Part shown: piece by piece, positions 34,341 through 43,949 of the stretch
Position numbering within the stretch: the first letter of the stretch is position 1
Layout of the letters: every line of letters begins with the position of its first letter
From: an uncultured Methanosarcinales archaeon
GTDB lineage: Archaea > Nanobdellota > Nanobdellia > Woesearchaeales > JAGVZT01
Length of the DNA stretch: 64,000 nucleotides
Assembly: GCA_964354685.1 (NCBI GenBank)
Contig: CAYHAM010000006.1
Coordinates: 9,523 to 73,522 of the forward strand
Direction of reading: 5' to 3'
Position numbers and translations under genes: made by a program
Notes under the pieces: model-generated
The model's database searches: none
Told to the model about the DNA's origin: nothing
The model's input: only the letters and a program-made list of their open reading frames with translations

Positions 34341-37300
34341 CTACTTTAGTTCAATATAGAACGAGACACTATTATATATACTCTCTTTATACTCTCTTAG
34401 CCTTGCAGGCACCCTTATTTCATAATCATATACCCCGTACTTACCTTGGCTTTGAACATTTACCTTTGTTATGAACACAAGATCTTGAGTGCCATTGTAC
34501 TCTCCATTGTTTGGATCACTGTAATCCCACAATATCCCAGTAATAAAGTTGGAAGTATTTGTTGAGTTAGCTATGGACACATTTGTTATATTAACACCAT
34601 ATATAACAAAACTTATTTTCAATTTTGGAACACCATTATTAGTGTAGAGCTTATAAACTGAGTCATTTGCAGTTGACATGTTCATAGCATTATCTATCTC
34701 TGCAAAGTCATTGTTTGCAGTTAGGTTAGAGGTGTTTATACCTATTGCTTGCAGGCTTGTCCAACTAACATCAGCACCTGTTTCTACAACAAAAATATTG
34801 CCCCCACTTGAGCTATTCCACGCTATTTCAGACAAATTCTCAACAGTACTTAAAACAACCTTTCCAGAAGCATTCCCATAGTAAACATGCCATGATGGCA
34901 TATAATAGGTTGTGTTTGCATAGTTGTTGTTCTCATAGAGCTCAAATATAGTACCATTTGTTCCTATAGGTGGATCAACAACAACATAAATATAGTGAGC
35001 ACCAATCATTGGAGTCCATGTAACATTTACTGTCTTGTTTGAGTTGTTGCCACTTGGATCTGTCAAGTTACCTATTGTAACATTCACATTTATTTGGCTT
35101 CCATTATCCCAATCACCATCAAAGAACTGCACAGTTATATTATAAGCATCAGAACCGCCAATATTATATATAGTAGCAAATATTGTAATATTCTCTCCCT
35201 CAACAGCTGAGTAATCGCTAAAAGTTATATCAGTGCTTTGCAAAGTCAAGTCAGGAGGTCTTATCCATATTTGCCAAGTTAAAGACGAGTTCTCATTACC
35301 ATAATAATCAGTACAATTCACACTCCAATTATGCCACCCACCTTGTGGAATCCTTGGATAAAAAGGATTGATTGTATCTTCTAAAATTGGTGGATAATGA
35401 GTATCATCCACAACCCCATCAATAATCAATGAGCAGTTTGCAATGCTGCTATGTGTATCATTAACAATATATGTGAAAACAACAGAACTATTTGCCTCAG
35501 ATCCATTTGGTGGCGTGTTAAGCTGAATGCTTGGAGATGCCTCATCATAAGTCAACTCAAAAAAAGAATGATTGTAAGTATTTTTGTAAAGGGTTTTTGT
35601 TCCAAGCGACACTGCTGTGTAATTGCCAGTTGGTTTGCCAGAAACATTCCATGAATATGACCAAAGCCCATCTGAACCAGTCTGTCCAGAGCTTTTATTA
35701 ATCCAAACACTCAAGCTTCCAACACTTGAGGATACTCCTGTAGTCACTCTACCATATCCGGTTATATTCACAGCATCCCAACCAAACCAATCCGAGGTTC
35801 CATAATCAGCTTTTACATTTGATGAGGTGAATCTTATGGTGAGTGCTTCGCTACAGCTTACTCCACTTACAATACACAAATCTTGCATCACAAACTCAGC
35901 TCTTGTTCCCATACCAGCTGTGGTTCCAATCTCACACGCTTCATCATTCAGACAGTCTGAAATCAATCTCAAAGTTGCATCACTGTCATTCACAAACACA
36001 GCAGAACCCTCCCCACTGTCCATTGAGGCTGCAGCTTGATAATATGAGAGATTCATAGCAACACAAACTCTGCCACCACAGGGTGTTGCATTGACAAATT
36101 TAAACAATCCATCTCCTGTTGAGGTGGTGTGCCTCTCTATTCCTCCTGTTGATTCAAACCCTCTCAACCCACTAGTATTCATATCTGTTGATGAACAAAC
36201 ACCATAACTAGTAGAGGACTCACTTTCAACGCAAGCATCAAAGCCATCATAAGGATCACTATCAATACACTCATAACTTCCATTTGTTGGGCAAGATCCA
36301 TTGTACATCCGGAAGTTGGTGCCTACCTCAAAATTATCATAAAGGATAGAATATGGATACAAATTATTTGGCCAAGAATAACTTGGCTGAGTTGCTTGTG
36401 AATTATTATAATACACAAAGTACCGATTTTCATTAATAGCATTTGCTGAAACACTTCCGATAAAGAGTATCTCACAATACGTTGAATTATCCCCTCCAGT
36501 CACATTAACAGGAACCTCTTTGCTTGAGTTTGTCTCTATTACCCTTATCTCATTTACACAACTAGATATATTCCCATTCAATCCAGTAACACTCACCCCT
36601 ATAGTTTCATTTACCCTTTCTCTGTTTTCTGTCTCACTCAAAAATATTGGCTTTCTTCTCTGCCAAGAAATGTTCCACCAAGGTACAGTGCTATTACCCA
36701 AGATTATATCTAACGTAACATTCGTATCCAATGGGTCATGTGTTGCATCTGTTGTGTTGGTTGTTATGTTTGCAACATCAGCAAGTTCATTCCCCATTTC
36801 ATACTTGGCTTTGTTATTAGAAACATTAACATGCATAATATATTGTATATTCACTGTTAATAGCCTTGTCTCTGATGTGTTTTGATGGAAGCTATTATCA
36901 AAATCATCAAAGCAAGTTATATTCCAATAATAGCCACCATTTGTCATGTTTGTCACATTGAATTGCAATGTTTGGTCTTCAGGCATTGGAGCATACATAG
37001 TATTATTTATTGTTCCACCAATTATTAATGAACAGTTTGTAATGCCTGAAGCAACATCTACAACACTGAACAAAAAGTACACATTACCATCAGCATCCTC
37101 TGCTCCAGGACTAGGCGAGATCAAACTAATGCTAGGACCATTGTTGTCAATTTTAATGTTTGTATGAGTATTATTATTACCAACATTGCCCAATGTGTCA
37201 TTTGCAAAAGCCAAAAATTGATAGCTATCTCCATCTGCTAAGCTACTAATATCCCAGCTGCAATTATAAGGAGCATTGCCATCATCATCAACACAAGCTA

Positions 37301-40300
37301 AATTCCAAGATGCTGCTGGGCCAGTCCTATACTCAAATCTTACCACGCTAATATTCCCAATCCCAATATCAACAACACTTGCATTCACCATATAGGTTGA
37401 GCCAGAGATATCCCCAAGGTTTGGTGGTCTATCAAGGGTTGTGGTTGGACCAGTGCTTTCGATATAAACATTTCTAAACTCAGAACCATTTTTATTACCT
37501 AGCATGTCCGTACAATTTATACTCCAATTATAAGCACCTTCATCAAGGTTGTACAAACTGAAGTTCTGGATTTGGTCCTCCTGCACACTAAAATTTGTTT
37601 GGTTAATACTTCCATTAATTACCAGTGAACAATTCCTAATATCACTAGTCAAATCACTCACATTATAATAGAAGGTAACATTCTCCACAAAATATTCATT
37701 GTCAGCAGGCGCCTCTAATTTAATACTAGGTGCTGTTCTGTCAATAGTAATATTATAGTTTGTATTATAATCTCCCCAATTTCCAATTGTATCGTTAGCT
37801 CTAACTCTGACTTGATAACTGCTGCTATCTCCATAATCTGTGAAATTCCATAAGCACTCAAAAGGCACTCCATCTGTGTCATTGCAAGCATTCTTCCATG
37901 TTGCTGTGTTATTTTCCCTAAACTCAAACACAACCCCACTTATATTACCTATCTCATTGTCTATTACAGACGCATTCACTGTGTATGAATTTACAGTTAG
38001 GTTAGTATAATTCTGAGGTTTATCCAAAATTGAAACAGGCCCTGCTGTGTCAAATCCAACAATTATTGTGTTATTGTTCTTCAAACCATTATCGTCAGTA
38101 ACTGTCAGCATTAAATAACAATCTAGTGTGTTGTTAGCACACTGTTCTTGAGTAGAGGTGTTAAATGTGCAATTTGCATCCGCACTGTCACATATTGTCA
38201 TTGGTGAAGTAAAATCCGCATTGTCATCAAGTTGGAAAAGATAATTGCTAATGCTTCCATCAGAATCATAAGAAGCAGAACCATTCAACACAACACTAAA
38301 CCCAAGCCATGTATTATTAGCAGGATAAATCCAGTTTGCAAAAGGATGGTCATTGATTGTAAGATTAACATCACCGGAAAAAACTGTGGCGCTATTATTA
38401 CTCGTAACCTTACATCTAATCCCAAAAACATTGTTACCAGAATCTTGCCCACTAGTTATATTAAAGGTGCGATTGCATGCATCTCCACCAATCGTTAAAT
38501 TTCCGCAAATAAAACTATCTTCATCATTTATTAAGTCTATGGTTGAAGTTGTAATATCCTGCCATGAACTATCTTTGTATTGTACAAACAAAACAACATC
38601 AGTACAATTCAAAGCACCTGGCTCACACCTTACACTGCAATTCATCTCAAATGTATAGTTGGTAGTTTCACTTGATTCATTAACTTCAATATCAGAGGTT
38701 GGATAAGTCATATTAATACTCAAGTTTCCTGCAGCAGTAACATTCCAAGTTAAGCCAATATCTAAGGAAGCCAAATTGGCTGCAGAGTCATTTGCATAAG
38801 CTATTGTCCAGTTGTATTGGCCAGAGAATTGTAATAGATACTCTGTAGAATAAACATTATCACCATTTTGACTATCACAAGAACTTGTTTCATTGTCATA
38901 TAAGGTTATGTTTATTGCAGGTTGACCTGGATTTAAGATATTAGCAAGCACCTTATCAACACCAGAGTAAGTATCTGTGACAGTTATATTTAAACACACA
39001 TAATCATTCACATCAAACGTATTGTTATCTATATTTGGATTGCTCAACTGGGGATCTGTTGTATCAACACCAATTGTCCTTGTCTCTGATTCATTCATGT
39101 TGTAATTACTGCTATTGTCATAACAGCGTATGCTCCAATTAAAGTAAACAGTGCTGTACTCGACCCTTAACCAAATCGCATCTATGCTTACAATCTCATT
39201 ATCAGGCAAACCAACCTGCAAACCCTCTACCCCTAAATATATCTTGCTTAAATCATCCCAATCAAGATAAGCAGTAATTGGATAATAATCATTTCTTAAA
39301 CTGCTACTTTGGTTAGCAATACTAGAACCGTTATACGAAGTTCCATCCAAATTAAGCCAAGTTGTGCCATTATCCAAGCTATACTTCAAAGTCAACTCAT
39401 CATTGCCAATACCAGCTGCTGAAAAGTTAGATCTCAAAGCAAGGTAAACATTGTTAATTGCCCCACTACTTGGCAAGCCAGAGAAGTTTGCTGTAAACAG
39501 TTCATTACCATTATCAGTCTCGTCCCATGCAACAACATTATCAGGAGCCTCATCTGCTTCCTCCGGATTGTTTGCCCAATCACCACTATAAGAGTCAGCA
39601 GGAGCATAAAAATTTGTTGTAGTTGAGTTATCCAGATCTTCAGTAAAGTTTAAAGTCTGCTCTTTAATAATAGTATAATTGGTTTGAGAAATCACTCCAC
39701 CAATTATTAGAGAACAATTCTCCACACCAGATCCAGAATCATTAACACTATAATAAAATGTGACAGTTGTACTAGTGCTCCAGGCATCATCTTCAGGATT
39801 GACGACCTCAATACTTGGTCCATAATTATCTGAACAAACACAACTACCTGCCTGACAAGTGCCATCTAAGAAAGCCCCACAATCATTATCACATTCAGTA
39901 TCATTACATTGTGCAGGATTATTTCCATCCCACACATCTCCAATCTGCAAAGTATCATTCAAAATTGTTGTTGTTCCATTAGCACAATCATCACTCCTAT
40001 CAGCATAGGTAACCCCAGAATCATAATAGATAGTACCTGAATCTGTACATTCAGATGAACAAGGAGCAGTTGGAGCAGGAGAATAATCACCACTTTGATT
40101 ACTGGTCGCATTACAGTAATCACAATAATCCTCTCTCAAAACACCTGAAGAGCTTAGATTAGCTCCAAAAGTATCCAAGCATTGTCTGCTCCAGTAACAT
40201 GTCTGAGTCTCATTTGGATTTGTTCTATCATCATAACCACAAGCCCCGCCATCATAATCATCAATACAAAACTCTGGTGCATCCTCGCTGTTCTGCACCC

Positions 40301-43300
40301 AAGCACAAGAGTCATTGCATGCCTTGTCATAATAACAAATATTATCAACAACACTAGGTGTTGTGTCATTGTCAACATCACAGCTCGCTTCGCAACCAAC
40401 ATCACAATCAGCTGCAACACTACCACAACTCCCTCCTTCTAAATAAACATAATCTCCACAATCAGTTGATGATCCAGTACAACCAAAGTTCCCAGAATCT
40501 TGATCACCACTTGAACAGCTCTGATCAATTGCATAATAGCTACAATTATAACCAGTATGAGTTGAGGTACTTGCACTCAGGTTAGCACCTTGATTTTGAT
40601 CAGCACAGTACACCCAAACCCCCCACAAGTTTGAAGAATCACAGCTTCTGTAATCATTAGTTGTGTTACACAACCTGTAATTCACATCATAAGTATAACC
40701 TGTGTTGTTGTAAACACAATCATCTGCATCACCACTACAATACCAACCGGTGTATATATAACTTGTGTCATTAATACATTTACCAGTATCAGCCCCCCCT
40801 CCGCAAACCTCATCATCATTGCCATCACCATACGCCTTACCAGAACAAGGGTAACCAGTTAGCTCGTCATTACCACAATCCTGTAGAATATTACAATATT
40901 GGTTATCAGGACAATCAGTATGCACATCGCACAATATATCAACAGCAATATTAACATTAGTTGTTGTATTATCAGCCCAACCATTTGTCGAGTTACAAGC
41001 AACATACAAATATGTTTCATTTATTGGAAATTGGCTACCACTCCAAGCACAGCTTATATTTGTTGTGCCATTTCCACTACAATTAGTGTTATCACTCATA
41101 TCAGCATAGCTCTCATCAGAGCCACTCATCCTACAATTCCCATTCTTGTTGAGTGTTAAATTTACTATAGGAGATCTCTGCACAGTTGTCCAAGGAGATT
41201 CTGTATCCTCACCAACTGCTGTAACTGTCTTCTCAATAGGGGCAGCATCAACAGTAACAGTATAATTAACATCATACCAATCTGACAAACCTGTTTGGTC
41301 AAAACACTGGATATTCCACCAATATGTCCCATCTTTTACACTCACTGCTATCTTTGTCTTTGTGTTGTTTGCCACATTGTAGACAGTGGCATTTGGCAAC
41401 CAAGTGCCATTAAAATTGGCCCACAAAGTACAATTTGCTAAAACAATGTCATGGCTGTCAGTAACAGTGAAATTAAAATCTATTGGTAAACTCATAACAA
41501 TTGTGTTATTACCAGGATAATCAAGTGAGGTAACATTTGGTGGATTTGCAAAACCAGTTATATTAATGCTATCCCAGAAACACCAGTCTGCTCTTCCATC
41601 AGCTGTACCACCTATATGGATTGAAATATTCTCAGACAAATTGATTCCACTCAATGAAGACAGATTTACATTAAAGAAGGTATAACCAGCTGGTGTTGGA
41701 GGAGTAGTGTCTGCCCTTGCATGATCACAGGCAGCACCATTAGCACATTCGTAGATTGTTGCAGTACTATTAGAGTCATTTACCCAAATCCTACAAAACT
41801 CACTAGCATCTAAGCTTGCAGCATAATGATAACCCCTCACATTTATATTATCATATTTGCTTGGATCAAACTTGTATATCAAACCACCTCCCCAATTAAA
41901 ACCATCCATCTCTTGCATAAGTAAAGAATAACCCACAACCCCATAGTTGTTTATACACATATCAAAGCTATCTGCATCATAGGCATCACTACAATTATTG
42001 AACTCACCCCAAGGAATGTTTTGAGTACATCCTGCTGAAGTAGGGCATTCTGTATTAGTGCTCGCATTCAAAAAATCATTAGTAAAATCTTCAAACATTA
42101 TTCCCAAGAATGTTGGGTCAACTGCTAGGTACCAATACCTAAACTCTGTGAATATCCCTCCATTATAATAAACCATAGCCTTCCCAATCTTGTACAGCTC
42201 AGGGCTTACAAATGGTGGTCTTGCAGAGTAACTAACAACTGAATTGTTACTCAAATCACTCCAAGATAATATTTTTCTATTATCAGCAAGGCTCTCAACA
42301 GCCCCTCCATTATCTAGAACAGTGAAGTTGAGTGGCAATGACTCAGAAAAATCAAATGATACCTCATCAACATAGGAGACAATCTTAATTGAAGATGTGA
42401 ATGCACCCATCCAAGGATCAGTTGTAACAGGTGTCTGCCTCAAAATATCAAACTCATAAAACTCTTTAACAGTAAAGTATGAGAACATCGTATTATTAAC
42501 ATTACTCCCAGTTGCATAAACAACCATAGAGTAATTGCCCTCGGTATTTGTAAGAGAATAATTAGTTTCATAGATGCCTCTCTGAGTCTCAATTATTGTG
42601 TTTTGTTTTGTAGACAACCATGTTGAAAAATTGGTTGGATTGGTAATCATTAAATCAACACTAGCGTCCTTAACCAAGTGACCATCCTTGTCTAAAACAA
42701 CAATTATGATCTCAGCAACCTCTCCTGGATGATAGATAGACCTCTTTGTGTTAATACTTGCAACACCTGTTTCAGCATAACCAGGATCCTCTTTTGTTAT
42801 TGTGAATGAATACTCTTGCCCTGGAATGATGTCCATAACCTTCTTCCACTCGCCATCACACACCTCTGCCTCAAAGTTCCAGTCCTCGCACTTGTACAGC
42901 TCCTCGCCCTTAGCAACAACACTAACAACACCACTTGTAAAATTCAACCTTGTTGGATCAATTGCATAAACCTGTATCCATACCTTGTTTTTAACAGAAG
43001 GAATCTCTTTTGAAACAGCAGCCAAACCAAGATCAATATTATCTTTCTTAATCTCCAAATCCTTGAACTCTATCTTTTTAATTGGAGTCTCTTCAGGAAT
43101 TATCTCAGCATCATACAAACCATGAGTTAAATTCTCAATTGATTTAAAACTCCCACCAGTCTTCCTATTGTAAAACAATCCTTCAGCTCTTATATTCCTG
43201 CCAGCAACACTCTTGATATCAAACTTACTAATCTTCCCCTCTATTTTCTTCTCTATTTGGACTTCTATTCCTTCTTCTTTTATCTCTTCTTCAATCACTT

Positions 43301-43949
43301 GTCCTGATACAGCTTCTTTAACAACAAAACTGGTAGAATCAATAACAACACCATTAAACCTTGCTAAAATTGTGTAATTACCAACATCTTTTGGAACAAA
43401 AATCATAATTCTATCTGGTTGACCCAAAAACTCATACTCCTTTCCCTCAAACTCCACTATAATCCTTTCTCCAGCCACTATACCTCCAACATGTTGTATA
43501 ACCACATTCTCTCCCAAAGAATAAACCATTTTGTCAGTTTTTATGATTCTTTTACTTGTCACTATCTTCTCTTCTTCCCCTTTCCCTTCTTTCACTATTT
43601 CAAAGCTCACATCATCAATCAAATCCAAAGTAACATGGTTCACTAGCTTTATTGTATAACTGCCTTCTTTTCTTGGTATAAACTCAATACACTTTTCCAA
43701 ATTACCCATGTACTGATAAACATCTTCTTCCACAATCACAAAAAGAGACAAATCCCCAAAATCATCTACGCCAATACAAACATTAACAGAATCTCCTAGA
43801 GCATAACTTGTTTTATCAACACTTAGTATCCCTCTTGGCTGAAAGAATTCTTCTTCAAAACCCTTGATGCTTATTATTTGGAGTATAAACAACATCATAA
43901 TTGACACTACAAAAATCCATTTTTCTTTCCTAACCATCTCTTCTATCAT
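34341..43949 (-). CDS. Giant secreted adhesin-like glycoprotein (3202 aa): N-terminal AIDP...DPGYAE domain, MG2-like domain, jelly-roll domains, ~38-Cys region, Ig repeats, DUF2341-like domain, CARDB, C-terminal subunit-like domain
   Basis: ORF track. Signal peptide and no C-terminal TM helix; ends YYGNASG...YDYEIRVP...FYIELK. ATGA overlap with the 5598-aa gene. Confidence 0.93.
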   Translation of the reverse strand: MIEEMVRKEKWIFVVSIMMLFILQIISIKGFEEEFFQPRGILSVDKTSYALGDSVNVCIGVDDFGDLSLFVIVEEDVYQYMGNLEKCIEFIPRKEGSYTIKLVNHVTLDLIDDVSFEIVKEGKGEEEKIVTSKRIIKTDKMVYSLGENVVIQHVGGIVAGERIIVEFEGKEYEFLGQPDRIMIFVPKDVGNYTILARFNGVVIDSTSFVVKEAVSGQVIEEEIKEEGIEVQIEKKIEGKISKFDIKSVAGRNIRAEGLFYNRKTGGSFKSIENLTHGLYDAEIIPEETPIKKIEFKDLEIKKDNIDLGLAAVSKEIPSVKNKVWIQVYAIDPTRLNFTSGVVSVVAKGEELYKCEDWNFEAEVCDGEWKKVMDIIPGQEYSFTITKEDPGYAETGVASINTKRSIYHPGEVAEIIIVVLDKDGHLVKDASVDLMITNPTNFSTWLSTKQNTIIETQRGIYETNYSLTNTEGNYSMVVYATGSNVNNTMFSYFTVKEFYEFDILRQTPVTTDPWMGAFTSSIKIVSYVDEVSFDFSESLPLNFTVLDNGGAVESLADNRKILSWSDLSNNSVVSYSARPPFVSPELYKIGKAMVYYNGGIFTEFRYWYLAVDPTFLGIMFEDFTNDFLNASTNTECPTSAGCTQNIPWGEFNNCSDAYDADSFDMCINNYGVVGYSLLMQEMDGFNWGGGLIYKFDPSKYDNINVRGYHYAASLDASEFCRIWVNDSNSTATIYECANGAACDHARADTTPPTPAGYTFFNVNLSSLSGINLSENISIHIGGTADGRADWCFWDSINITGFANPPNVTSLDYPGNNTIVMSLPIDFNFTVTDSHDIVLANCTLWANFNGTWLPNATVYNVANNTKTKIAVSVKDGTYWWNIQCFDQTGLSDWYDVNYTVTVDAAPIEKTVTAVGEDTESPWTTVQRSPIVNLTLNKNGNCRMSGSDESYADMSDNTNCSGNGTTNISCAWSGSQFPINETYLYVACNSTNGWADNTTTNVNIAVDILCDVHTDCPDNQYCNILQDCGNDELTGYPCSGKAYGDGNDDEVCGGGADTGKCINDTSYIYTGWYCSGDADDCVYNNTGYTYDVNYRLCNTTNDYRSCDSSNLWGVWVYCADQNQGANLSASTSTHTGYNCSYYAIDQSCSSGDQDSGNFGCTGSSTDCGDYVYLEGGSCGSVAADCDVGCEASCDVDNDTTPSVVDNICYYDKACNDSCAWVQNSEDAPEFCIDDYDGGACGYDDRTNPNETQTCYWSRQCLDTFGANLSSSGVLREDYCDYCNATSNQSGDYSPAPTAPCSSECTDSGTIYYDSGVTYADRSDDCANGTTTILNDTLQIGDVWDGNNPAQCNDTECDNDCGAFLDGTCQAGSCVCSDNYGPSIEVVNPEDDAWSTSTTVTFYYSVNDSGSGVENCSLIIGGVISQTNYTIIKEQTLNFTEDLDNSTTTNFYAPADSYSGDWANNPEEADEAPDNVVAWDETDNGNELFTANFSGLPSSGAINNVYLALRSNFSAAGIGNDELTLKYSLDNGTTWLNLDGTSYNGSSIANQSSSLRNDYYPITAYLDWDDLSKIYLGVEGLQVGLPDNEIVSIDAIWLRVEYSTVYFNWSIRCYDNSSNYNMNESETRTIGVDTTDPQLSNPNIDNNTFDVNDYVCLNITVTDTYSGVDKVLANILNPGQPAINITLYDNETSSCDSQNGDNVYSTEYLLQFSGQYNWTIAYANDSAANLASLDIGLTWNVTAAGNLSINMTYPTSDIEVNESSETTNYTFEMNCSVRCEPGALNCTDVVLFVQYKDSSWQDITTSTIDLINDEDSFICGNLTIGGDACNRTFNITSGQDSGNNVFGIRCKVTSNNSATVFSGDVNLTINDHPFANWIYPANNTWLGFSVVLNGSASYDSDGSISNYLFQLDDNADFTSPMTICDSADANCTFNTSTQEQCANNTLDCYLMLTVTDDNGLKNNNTIIVGFDTAGPVSILDKPQNYTNLTVNSYTVNASVIDNEIGNISGVVFEFRENNTATWKNACNDTDGVPFECLWNFTDYGDSSSYQVRVRANDTIGNWGDYNTNYNITIDRTAPSIKLEAPADNEYFVENVTFYYNVSDLTSDIRNCSLVINGSINQTNFSVQEDQIQNFSLYNLDEGAYNWSINCTDMLGNKNGSEFRNVYIESTGPTTTLDRPPNLGDISGSTYMVNASVVDIGIGNISVVRFEYRTGPAASWNLACVDDDGNAPYNCSWDISSLADGDSYQFLAFANDTLGNVGNNNTHTNIKIDNNGPSISLISPSPGAEDADGNVYFLFSVVDVASGITNCSLIIGGTINNTMYAPMPEDQTLQFNVTNMTNGGYYWNITCFDDFDNSFHQNTSETRLLTVNIQYIMHVNVSNNKAKYEMGNELADVANITTNTTDATHDPLDTNVTLDIILGNSTVPWWNISWQRRKPIFLSETENRERVNETIGVSVTGLNGNISSCVNEIRVIETNSSKEVPVNVTGGDNSTYCEILFIGSVSANAINENRYFVYYNNSQATQPSYSWPNNLYPYSILYDNFEVGTNFRMYNGSCPTNGSYECIDSDPYDGFDACVESESSTSYGVCSSTDMNTSGLRGFESTGGIERHTTSTGDGLFKFVNATPCGGRVCVAMNLSYYQAAASMDSGEGSAVFVNDSDATLRLISDCLNDEACEIGTTAGMGTRAEFVMQDLCIVSGVSCSEALTIRFTSSNVKADYGTSDWFGWDAVNITGYGRVTTGVSSSVGSLSVWINKSSGQTGSDGLWSYSWNVSGKPTGNYTAVSLGTKTLYKNTYNHSFFELTYDEASPSIQLNTPPNGSEANSSVVFTYIVNDTHSSIANCSLIIDGVVDDTHYPPILEDTINPFYPRIPQGGWHNWSVNCTDYYGNENSSLTWQIWIRPPDLTLQSTDITFSDYSAVEGENITIFATIYNIGGSDAYNITVQFFDGDWDNGSQINVNVTIGNLTDPSGNNSNKTVNVTWTPMIGAHYIYVVVDPPIGTNGTIFELYENNNYANTTYYMPSWHVYYGNASGKVVLSTVENLSEIAWNSSSGGNIFVVETGADVSWTSLQAIGINTSNLTANNDFAEIDNAMNMSTANDSVYKLYTNNGVPKLKISFVIYGVNITNVSIANSTNTSNFITGILWDYSDPNNGEYNGTQDLVFITKVNVQSQGKYGVYDYEIRVPARLREYKESIYNSVSFYIELK

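Noticed and set aside
39150-39612. The inserted 150-aa module as an intein
   Set aside because: No N-terminal Cys/Ser or C-terminal His-Asn splice motifs, and one copy lies at a mature N-terminus.
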